A stretch of DNA of 63,996 bases, the filler included. It is 12 parts of 12 records of this genome, joined end to end, with 100 filler letters (N's around TTAATTAATTAA, not from the genome) between each part and the next. Parts side by side here need not be neighbours in the genome. Positions count along the whole stretch, not along the records: positions 55,692 to 60,894 come from SRR15195285_3312; positions 60,995 to 63,996 come from SRR15195285_3952; 10 more parts are not named here. One strand, written 5' to 3'. A program made the translations under genes and the position numbers. Below are positions 55,903 through 63,996 of this stretch, piece by piece; within the stretch, counting starts at the first letter, position 1, and the number at the start of each line of letters is the position of its first letter. The notes beneath the pieces are model-generated. The model did not search any database, had not been told where the DNA came from, and was given only the letters and a program-made list of their open reading frames with translations.

Positions 55903-58900
55903 ATGCGGCCGCTGCCCCCGGGCGCGCTCCGTCGACTAGCAGCGGCCCTCCCTCGACTAGCAGCGACCCTCACCGCCGCGTGCTTCCTCGTCAGCACGGC
56001 GCAGGCGAACTGCGAGGTAATCGGGGACTCCACGTGCAAAGACGGCCACTACTGTGAGGGCGGTATCTACGACAGCTGCGAGCCGTGCCCCCATAGCAAC
56101 TGCAAGGACTGCGGCTCGAAGAAAGACGCTCATTCAAGGGCAGCCGCGTGCACGGCCTGCAAGGCCAACTACTACGGGAGCTCCTGCGCCAGCCCGTGCA
56201 CGAAAGCCAGCTATTGCAACAACCATGGCACGGTGCAGCAGCACGGCATAGCATGCTCGTGCGCCTCCTGCGACGAAGGCTACCACGATCCCGGTAGCCG
56301 ATGCAACGGGTGCGCCGCGGGATACGAGCAATCTGATAGCACCACGACGTGCACTGCTTGTCCCTCCGGCCGATACTCGCCAGATCCTGCTAGCGAGTGC
56401 CTACCATGCGGAGCAGGATTCATCGCCGAAAAGGGAGTGGGGACGGGAGTAGTTCAGAAGGGCGCCACGTCGTGCACTGCTTGCCCCATCGGCCAGTACA
56501 ACGACAAAGAACAAGGCAGCGGTTGCCAAGATTGCTCGCCTGGGCAGTTCGCAGACACGCCGGGAAGCCAAGACTGCCAGCGCATCTGCTCCAACAGTTC
56601 TCTGCCGCCGCACAGCAACTGCGTCGCCGAGGAACTTGTGGTTAACATAGATTGGATCTTTTGGATCTTTGGTGTGTGGAATATGGACGAGTCTCACAAC
56701 GATCTGCGGATTCCACACACCAACCCGTACCGCATGGGCCTTTGCGTCGCGGAATGCCAACCGGGATACGAAGCACAACGTGGTACCGGCGGTCACTACG
56801 ATAACGCACTACTACTAGTGGCTGACAGTGGTTTCTACGCGTGTGGACCTGATGGATCGTGGAACTTAACTCACAATGTAAGCGCCATCAATGATGCTAT
56901 CTGGGATTCGGTAGGCTTCTTCCTTGAGCAAACCGCGAGCCTAGATTCGAGGAGGGAATTTGATTGGAGGGAATTCAAGGATCCGGTTAGAGAAATGGTT
57001 TTGCCACGAGATTGGTGGAACGGCACCGAGTTGATCTGCGTGGGGCGCAAATGCGACGAGACGAGTCTCCCCACTGTGACCGGCGCGGTCGAACCCAGTG
57101 ATAGCAACATTGACTCGCCACGGCACTACCCGAGCGAGGTGACGTGGGAGAAGTGCAAGACGTGCAATCTGCCTGTCGGAGCGGACGATAACTCGACATG
57201 TCTTGCTGGTGCAACTCAGTGGACGTGTGGGACAGATGGATTGTACTATGATCTGGTCACAGATCCGCAGCGTCCAAGACTGCGGAACGAGAGCTCGCTC
57301 CATTGCAAAGAATTTTGCAGCAGCAGCGCATACGAAGCGTGTATGCCGTGCCCAGCAGGGCAAGGCCCCAGCGCAGACAACGCAAGCATATGCACTGAGT
57401 GTATAGGCGCGAAATTTTCAGCACGGGGGATTGGTCAATGTGAAGATTGCGAGCCGCCCAACGTTGTTGACAAGGCACACCTCACGTGTCAAGCGTGTCC
57501 AGCGGGTCACGAACCAAATCCAAGCAGGAATGGGTGTGTCAGGTGCTCCGAGCCAAACACGTACTCGGAAAGAGGCGAAAAGTGCGTGCTCTGCAAGGCG
57601 CCCAATGTTGTTAAGGCGGGGCGGACGAAGTGCAGCGAATGTCCGCAGGGCCGAGGTCCTGATAGGGGTCGTGACACTGCGAACCAAACGACTATCTGCA
57701 AGAACTGCACGGGCGCGAGGCAATATTCACTCCACGGCCAATGTACGCTGCAATGCAACTGGAATCAAATCGCAAATGCAGAACACACTGGCTGTGACGC
57801 GTGCGAAGAGCACACACAATACATCGAAAGATACTCAGATGTGCACCTCAAGTGCGGGTGCAAAGATGGATACTACGACGCAAGCAAATTTCTGCTGCTG
57901 TGCTTTAACAATGGATTCGATGCAGACATGCTTGCCCGTGCGTGTTTTGACAGCGCGGCAGACCGATGCCTACCTTGTCCAGACTGCTTTGATTGCACAT
58001 ACCACGGCAACGGTACGTCGCCAGCACTGAGAGATGGTTACATGATGAAGCAAGATGCAGCACAATGTATCGCAGACAACAAGAACGTGTTCTTTGCCTT
58101 GCTGTGCAGCTCAAGCACCTCAGTGCAGGTTTCCGATGTAACCAATTACACCTACTTCACCGAGGCCAAAGCTAACTTGCGTTGTGCGCGGCACTGCAAC
58201 GTGAATGACACGAGTTGTCCTGACACAATTGATATCACCATGGACGAGCTGCCATCATCAGCCACGACATTGACGAAATGCTCTGATGGATATGCCGGTC
58301 ACTTTTGCAGAAGCTGCGAGTCCGCTGAGCCTAGATGGCACTTGGTGGATGGCGAGTGCCGTAGATGCGGCGAAAACAACTTTTATTTCCGGTGGGTGAT
58401 AGTGCCTTTGGGTATGATATTTGTCAGCGCTGGCTTTCTTTGGTGGGGCAGACGACCAAAACAACCTGCCATCAGTCCAAGAAGAACAACATCCACACGG
58501 ATGCTGTCTGAGATGCACCCGTCCGAATTGTATCGATCGCGCGTGTCATCACCAGCCAGTGATTTCCGGGTGATTTGCTTTCCGACATTGAAAACCTGCG
58601 TCAGTTATGCTCAGGTTGTGACTCAACTGGGGAGTGTGATGCACATGCAGTATCCGTCTACATTTGCAAAACACATCGCACATTTCAGACCGGTCGTAGA
58701 CGTATCGTCGTGGAACATTTTCATGAACACTGACTGTTTAGGGTATGGTGGTTTCCGTTGGGAATGGGTCATCAAAGTGCTGTTGCAGCCAGCTATATTG
58801 TGCATGTTTGGTGTCTTGCTTTGGTCAATTGAGCTCCTGGTGGGTGGAGAAGAAGCATCCGATAACTTGAAGCGGAACCTGCTCCGTGTTGCGTTCTTAT

Positions 58901-60528
58901 GTTACCCAACAATTTGCAACATGTGTTTTTCTGCGTGGAGCTGCCAAGACTTTGCACGGGATAGCAGCAGCCTGATCGACGATGATCGAGTAGACTGCTG
59001 GAGTAGCGATAGTATTGTTGATCTCTTTCTATGGAATAGCAATAGCCACCTTGACATGCTTCTCATCCGCTGGGCTTCATTAGTCATCCTCGTCGTGTTT
59101 GGTCTCGGTGCTCCATTCAGGTACGCTTACTACGTCGCGTGCGCTTCGATAAACGGAGCCAACGAGTTAACGGAGCTCGAACACAAGCCGCTGGTTCGCA
59201 AATTCGCAGCAATCGACTTAGTGGCATTTGGAGGAGATCGAGAATACGATGTCCAACTCGCGCAGATAGAAGCGCATGTTGCTCATTTGTGGCTGAAATC
59301 CTGGCGGTATCGATGCCATTGGAAGCAGCAGCCAATGCCAGTGCGATGGGGTGAAAAACGACGGGCAAAATTGGAAAAGAAGCTGAAGCGACAGCAGCGG
59401 CGAAACGTGTGGAAGGTGGACGAAGTTAGGGACGAAGTTGAAGCTGTGTTCATTGAAACGACAAAATTGCGCAATGTCGTTTCGATGACAGATGCGTATC
59501 GCCCGGGTGCAAGCACAGTCGGGTGGGAAGCTGTCGTTACACTTCGCAAGTTTGCGTTAGTTGGAGCCATGGTTCTCACCGGGCGTGGGAGCGTTGCGCA
59601 GAATGTTTGTGCCACAGTTTTGTCATGTCTTTTCTTCGCATTTCACATCAAAATGTGGCCGATGAAAACGAACGAGGACAACCTATTCCGGGCAAGCGCT
59701 GAGCTGCACATATTTTGGACCATCACGACAGCATTTGTGTTGCGAAGCGACCTGGAACATGAGGCGGTTGGCAAGGACTTTTACGATTGGTGTCTGGTTG
59801 TATCCTTCTGGGTATGCCTTCCTTGCGCTTTTGCTACGACAATCTGGATGAAATACCAACACCATACCAGTATTTCACAGTCAACGACCATATCCAGTGC
59901 AGATGATCTTCCGCGGAGACAGTTCCAGTATTACAGGGCTGGGCTGGCCTCAACGCAAGACTATGCAGATCTCAAATCATATTTTGATGTGCGGATCGAG
60001 TCCTACGAGTTGTTGCAGTTGTTTGATGAGCTTGCAGATGACGAAACCGGGCTTTTGGAACTCGGGTGCTTGTCTAGGCGCGTCCAGGATAGAGACGATA
60101 CGCTGCGCACGCTGATAGACGGTATTTTGCAGCGGGGATCAGATGTCCGAGGAACAACAACCTCGGCATACTTACAAGAACTTCAACGACAGGTCTCTTC
60201 ATCACCGATGCTGTCATTCGAACAGTTTCTTACGTGGCACGAGAATTTTCTCACTTCGCATACGCCTGCGCCCGTTGACGACGGGGGCACGCCGTTGCGG
60301 CTTGGCGGAGCATGTTTGAGGATGAGCCAACTCCCATCGAGAAGCAGTCTCACTGAGGGATTGGCAGTCGATGTTAGTAAGCTAACGGGTCTGAATTCAG
60401 AGCCACAACAGCCACAGCCGGAGTCGGGGCCGAAGCCGCATCCCAGTGTGTCGCGACCTGTGTCGCCACGGAGAACGACGGCGACGGATACAACAACACG
60501 ACTTCAAGTTCATGGTGGGTCGGAGTAG
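55903..60528 (+). CDS. Cys-rich (EGF/laminin/TNFR-like CxxCPxG repeats) multi-pass membrane receptor-like protein, apparently intronless
   Basis: Signal peptide; many CxxCPxG repeats; membrane region with K..VSYAQVV, YP..F, YRP..WEAVVTLRKFALV and MWPMK..DN motifs and about 7-9 hydrophobic segments. Confidence 0.8.
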   Translation: MRPLPPGALRRLAAALPRLAATLTAACFLVSTAQANCEVIGDSTCKDGHYCEGGIYDSCEPCPHSNCKDCGSKKDAHSRAAACTACKANYYGSSCASPCTKASYCNNHGTVQQHGIACSCASCDEGYHDPGSRCNGCAAGYEQSDSTTTCTACPSGRYSPDPASECLPCGAGFIAEKGVGTGVVQKGATSCTACPIGQYNDKEQGSGCQDCSPGQFADTPGSQDCQRICSNSSLPPHSNCVAEELVVNIDWIFWIFGVWNMDESHNDLRIPHTNPYRMGLCVAECQPGYEAQRGTGGHYDNALLLVADSGFYACGPDGSWNLTHNVSAINDAIWDSVGFFLEQTASLDSRREFDWREFKDPVREMVLPRDWWNGTELICVGRKCDETSLPTVTGAVEPSDSNIDSPRHYPSEVTWEKCKTCNLPVGADDNSTCLAGATQWTCGTDGLYYDLVTDPQRPRLRNESSLHCKEFCSSSAYEACMPCPAGQGPSADNASICTECIGAKFSARGIGQCEDCEPPNVVDKAHLTCQACPAGHEPNPSRNGCVRCSEPNTYSERGEKCVLCKAPNVVKAGRTKCSECPQGRGPDRGRDTANQTTICKNCTGARQYSLHGQCTLQCNWNQIANAEHTGCDACEEHTQYIERYSDVHLKCGCKDGYYDASKFLLLCFNNGFDADMLARACFDSAADRCLPCPDCFDCTYHGNGTSPALRDGYMMKQDAAQCIADNKNVFFALLCSSSTSVQVSDVTNYTYFTEAKANLRCARHCNVNDTSCPDTIDITMDELPSSATTLTKCSDGYAGHFCRSCESAEPRWHLVDGECRRCGENNFYFRWVIVPLGMIFVSAGFLWWGRRPKQPAISPRRTTSTRMLSEMHPSELYRSRVSSPASDFRVICFPTLKTCVSYAQVVTQLGSVMHMQYPSTFAKHIAHFRPVVDVSSWNIFMNTDCLGYGGFRWEWVIKVLLQPAILCMFGVLLWSIELLVGGEEASDNLKRNLLRVAFLCYPTICNMCFSAWSCQDFARDSSSLIDDDRVDCWSSDSIVDLFLWNSNSHLDMLLIRWASLVILVVFGLGAPFRYAYYVACASINGANELTELEHKPLVRKFAAIDLVAFGGDREYDVQLAQIEAHVAHLWLKSWRYRCHWKQQPMPVRWGEKRRAKLEKKLKRQQRRNVWKVDEVRDEVEAVFIETTKLRNVVSMTDAYRPGASTVGWEAVVTLRKFALVGAMVLTGRGSVAQNVCATVLSCLFFAFHIKMWPMKTNEDNLFRASAELHIFWTITTAFVLRSDLEHEAVGKDFYDWCLVVSFWVCLPCAFATTIWMKYQHHTSISQSTTISSADDLPRRQFQYYRAGLASTQDYADLKSYFDVRIESYELLQLFDELADDETGLLELGCLSRRVQDRDDTLRTLIDGILQRGSDVRGTTTSAYLQELQRQVSSSPMLSFEQFLTWHENFLTSHTPAPVDDGGTPLRLGGACLRMSQLPSRSSLTEGLAVDVSKLTGLNSEPQQPQPESGPKPHPSVSRPVSPRRTTATDTTTRLQVHGGSE

Positions 60529-61397
60529 CGTTGTGTGATTCCCTGAAATTGTCAAAATTACAGATGTATCTGGTTCCGTGTCAGAGTAAGATGCCAACGG
60601 TTCCAGCCCCTGTTTAAACGCATAGAGAAAACCAATTCAAACGATGATTGTAAATAGACACAGTGGAAACTGCACCAAAGCTCTTTTTTGCGTGGGGCAC
60701 TCTTGCGTGCCGGATTGTTATTCCCTGGTAGTGATAGAGGGCACACGGCCGTATGCCCTCTATCAAGACCACTCCAAGTAGCCTCGCAAGCCGACCTCTT
60801 CCGGATGGTGTACGGTCTGCTGGTGGGACGGGTACGGGTCTATGGCGCGTCAAGAGGCTTTGCATAGAAAATCAAACTGAATTCTTCATTCTCCNNNNNN
60901 NNNNNNNNNNNNNNNNNNNNNNNNNNNNNNNNNNNNNNTTAATTAATTAANNNNNNNNNNNNNNNNNNNNNNNNNNNNNNNNNNNNNNNNNNNNTGATCC
61001 AATGAACCTTCCCATTTCAGTCAGATGATAGCGGACCAGGCTATGAATGCCGATCCAGCTGAGTGCAGGTGTGATTGTTCCACCTGTGCACGGGGAACAC
61101 ACGATCTTTACTGATCTTGTAGACTGTGCAAAAATGTACATCATGTGACTGACTGACTAAGCCCTGGAAGGTTCGAAATTCTGTAATTCACCTGGCTGCA
61201 TGGCTCGGCGCCGCGCGCGGCCGGGGCTAGCCGCTACCTTATTGGAGCCCGGCCACCGCCCTCGGTCGCCCGACACCACGCTCGCCAGACGCCGCTATAG
61301 CGCGCCTCTCGGCAACCTTGCAAGCGGGCGCGCTGTGCTGCCACGTGCACTGAGTAGCAGCACGCGCCGACCTTCCGCGATATCTCCTCCGCGGCGA

Positions 61398-63996
61398 ATG
61401 AGCCTGCAGCTGCAGCTGGTGGCCCTGCTGTGTTTCGCCACGCTCTGCCATCACGCGGCGGCGGGCGGCGCTGCGGCGGCCGCCGCCGTGGAGCTCGCCA
61501 TCAACGGCCTGACGTCCCGCGACGCACCCTTCTCACCCTTTCCCAGGGACGGCCCGTTCGTGCTGTCCTGGGATGTCGGCGGGGTCGTCGAGGTGGAGCT
61601 CGTGGACGAGTGGTCCGAGTTCCCGGCCGCCAAAGACGGTGGCGGACGGAGGCCGCCGCGCCCTGCGCGGTGTCCGCCGGTCGTGTGGACGACGAGCGGC
61701 AGTGCGTTCGGCCAGAACGCCACTTCGCTCACGCTCCCGTCGGCAGCCACAGCGCAGTTTGTCGGCGACGCCTCGTACGCCTTCCGGGTGCGCCTGTCCG
61801 ATTCGGCGGGCCTGTCAGCTGCATGGTCGCCTGCCATGCGGTTCGATGTGGCGCCCGACGCGGCCGCGTGGGCAGGCTCCGACTGGATCGGTGGAGGCTC
61901 AGAGCTGCGCACGGACTGGAGGCTCAGCTCGGCCTCGCCGATCGTGCGCGCGCGCGCCTACGCCGCTGGCCTCGGCGCGTTTGAGCTGTTTGTGAACGGC
62001 GAGAAGGTGGGCGACCATCTGATGGATGCTGGACAGGCAGTCTGGGACGAGAAGGTGCTTTACGCTGGGTTCAACGTCACCCAGCTGCTCCACAGTGGCA
62101 CCCTAAACGCGGTCGGCGCACGGCTCGGAAACTCAAAGTACGGCTATCTGGACATGTTTGTCAACCGGTCGGCGCTGGGCGACCAGTCTGGAGACTCGTC
62201 GCGGTGCTTTCGCCTGCTGCTTGTGGCCACCCTCGCCGACGGCAGCGAGCTGACGCTGCGGAGTGATGCCAACAGCGGCGAGTGGAAGAGCCGCCATGGT
62301 GCGATTGTCTATGATCACCTGTGGCAGGGAGAGATTTATGATAGCCGGCAGGAGGCGGCCGGTGGGCCCGCGGGTTGGATCGATGAGAGCAAGCCGATGG
62401 AACGCTACCCGGCTGGGCACACTGCTGCAGTGGCGGTGCATCCTGTGGCAGGGTCCATGTTTCCCCAGCTCATGCCTGGTATTCGTGTGGTGGAGAGCTA
62501 CGAGGCTCAGAGCACGGTCGATCACAATGATAGCGTGCTATTCGATTTCGGGCTCAATATGGCAGGCTACACCACACTCAATCTTGAGCCGAGCACCATC
62601 CGGACGGCTCTGCTGGCAATGCACCGCGGCCTCCGAGTCGGCACCACGACGCTGATCGTGCGCGTGAAGCACACAGAGACTGAAGACGCTGCCGGCATCC
62701 CATACAACAACTACTATCCAGGGGTTGGCCAGAAGGCCGACTCGAAGACGTGCAACATGAGCGACTGGTATGAGCATAAATGGGGTCAGTGTGCGAACCA
62801 AACAGAAGGTTTTGTCTTCGAAATCGACTCCTCGGTGACTGTTCCTGCCAGAGAGGTGAGAGAGGTGATCAAGTACACACCCTCAATGACATACCACGGA
62901 TTCCGATTTGCACAGGTGACGGTGTCGGAGCTGGTCAGACACGGCAACAATTCCTTCGAGGTCGCGCTTGCAGCCGCACCGTTTGGTGCTGCGCTCACTG
63001 CACACCGAGTGAACTCCGATCTACGGCCCCTCACCAAGGTTCACTTTGGTGAGCCGCTGGCGAGGAGTGACAGGAAGGCTGCTGTCCCGGAGCGGGCGCG
63101 TTTGCTGCAGCAGATCTTCAACGCCACCCTTGCGTCACATGTGTCACAGCTGTGGTCAATTCCAACTGACTGTCCTCAAAGAGAGAAAAGAGGCTGGATG
63201 GCTGATGGTGGGTTGAGTGCTTCGTCTCTGGCCACCTTCTACGATTCTGAGGCTTTCCACACCAACTTCCTACGGCTCATCCGCGACAACCAACGCAAGG
63301 GATGTTCGGTGCAGCCCATCACCAACCACGACAAGCCATGCAGTTGCGACAGCGCGCATGGTGCAGTGGCGCAAGCCGCGTGCAGAAACGCAAGCTCCGT
63401 CGCCTCGTGGTTCAACGGCTCTGTCCCTGATGTGGTTCCCTTCACCACTTCGCCCTACGGGAGTAATCCTGGAACGGTTGACTGGCAGATCGCCTACGTG
63501 CAAGTCGCCCGAGCGCTGCTGCTGCACTACGGCGATCGGGCGGTGCCGGCACTTGCCGAGCTTTGGGACTCTCTACAATCATTCATGCAGTATCTCGAGA
63601 AGCTGGTCGATGAGTCTACTGGCTTGTTGCTTTTAGGTGCGCGCGGCGACTGGATCCCGCCAAAGCTGCAGCAGTACTCGACGCCGTCAGGCTCGGTGGC
63701 GGCGTTCACGCACACGCTTTGCCTCAGTTACATGGCCGAGATCGCGCAGGCGGTCGGGCGCACTGACGACGCGGCCCATTACTTGAAACGCTTCCTGTCG
63801 AATCAGAAGTCATATCACAGGCAGTTCTTCAACGGTCAGAGTGCTGCTGCCAGTGCCTCAAGCAGCAACGTTGCTGGTCAGGTGCGCTGCTGCTACGACA
63901 GCGGCTCACAGGCGTCGAACATGTTCGCGCTGCACCTCGGCGCGGTGCCGGAGGAGTACATGAATGATACCCTGGGCATGCTCGTGGCTTCGATCC
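61398..63996 (+). CDS. Secreted alpha-L-rhamnosidase (GH78), 3'-truncated; absent from the ORF track because it has no stop in the window
   Basis: One frame from ATG 61398: signal peptide, ARAYAAGLGAFELFVNGEKVGD, LFDFGLNMAG, TYHGFRFAQV, SIPTDCPQREKRGWMADG (in frame at 63162), GDW, GSQASNMFAL. Confidence 0.92.
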   Translation, partial: MSLQLQLVALLCFATLCHHAAAGGAAAAAAVELAINGLTSRDAPFSPFPRDGPFVLSWDVGGVVEVELVDEWSEFPAAKDGGGRRPPRPARCPPVVWTTSGSAFGQNATSLTLPSAATAQFVGDASYAFRVRLSDSAGLSAAWSPAMRFDVAPDAAAWAGSDWIGGGSELRTDWRLSSASPIVRARAYAAGLGAFELFVNGEKVGDHLMDAGQAVWDEKVLYAGFNVTQLLHSGTLNAVGARLGNSKYGYLDMFVNRSALGDQSGDSSRCFRLLLVATLADGSELTLRSDANSGEWKSRHGAIVYDHLWQGEIYDSRQEAAGGPAGWIDESKPMERYPAGHTAAVAVHPVAGSMFPQLMPGIRVVESYEAQSTVDHNDSVLFDFGLNMAGYTTLNLEPSTIRTALLAMHRGLRVGTTTLIVRVKHTETEDAAGIPYNNYYPGVGQKADSKTCNMSDWYEHKWGQCANQTEGFVFEIDSSVTVPAREVREVIKYTPSMTYHGFRFAQVTVSELVRHGNNSFEVALAAAPFGAALTAHRVNSDLRPLTKVHFGEPLARSDRKAAVPERARLLQQIFNATLASHVSQLWSIPTDCPQREKRGWMADGGLSASSLATFYDSEAFHTNFLRLIRDNQRKGCSVQPITNHDKPCSCDSAHGAVAQAACRNASSVASWFNGSVPDVVPFTTSPYGSNPGTVDWQIAYVQVARALLLHYGDRAVPALAELWDSLQSFMQYLEKLVDESTGLLLLGARGDWIPPKLQQYSTPSGSVAAFTHTLCLSYMAEIAQAVGRTDDAAHYLKRFLSNQKSYHRQFFNGQSAAASASSSNVAGQVRCCYDSGSQASNMFALHLGAVPEEYMNDTLGMLVASI

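Noticed and set aside
4488-60994. Regularly recurring TTAATTAATTAA flanked by Ns, as a repeat array or biological motif
   Set aside because: Identical 100-nt synthetic linkers with six-frame stops, used to concatenate contigs.

Overview
This window is not one locus. It is 12 unrelated eukaryotic contigs (1-4487, 4588-11495, 11596-18575, 18676-23380, 23481-28737, 28838-33789, 33890-37599, 37700-43560, 43661-49286, 49387-55591, 55692-60894, 60995-63996) joined by synthetic 100-nt linkers (N44-TTAATTAATTAA-N44), so adjacency across linkers means nothing. The DNA is GC-rich and gene-dense, uses the standard code and has short GT-AG spliceosomal introns (mostly about 60-90 nt). This fits a microbial eukaryote (protist MAG/SAG); a Picozoa-like origin is only my guess. 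About 20 genes can be supported: a TIR-NB-ARC (NLR-like) protein, Piezo, a sulfatase, a secreted beta-helix protein, a purple acid phosphatase, a double methyltransferase, an IQ-PA protein, an ankyrin-HDAC, Rab1, an IQ-repeat protein, an EF-hand/PTEN/C2/ADP-ribosyltransferase/MORN fusion, an EEP phosphoesterase, a C2-two-pore K+ channel, a TKL kinase, an ABCA half-transporter, a DUF218/YOR238W-like protein, a Zn-ADH, a mu-like GST, a small type I membrane protein, a Cys-rich multi-pass membrane protein and a GH78 rhamnosidase. The most striking candidates are (1) a single polypeptide joining 8 EF-hands, a variant PTEN-C2 module, a Gig2-like H-Y-E ART domain and MORN repeats, and (2) an LRR-less TIR-NB-ARC receptor with an intact TIR catalytic Glu and unusual C-terminal modules. 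Both are potential NAD+-consuming signalling or immune proteins. Also notable are a Piezo with a roughly 950-aa insertion, a K+ channel with a GWG filter, and a contig bounded by 30-bp perfect inverted repeats. All domain calls come from recognising motifs by eye; no database search was run.
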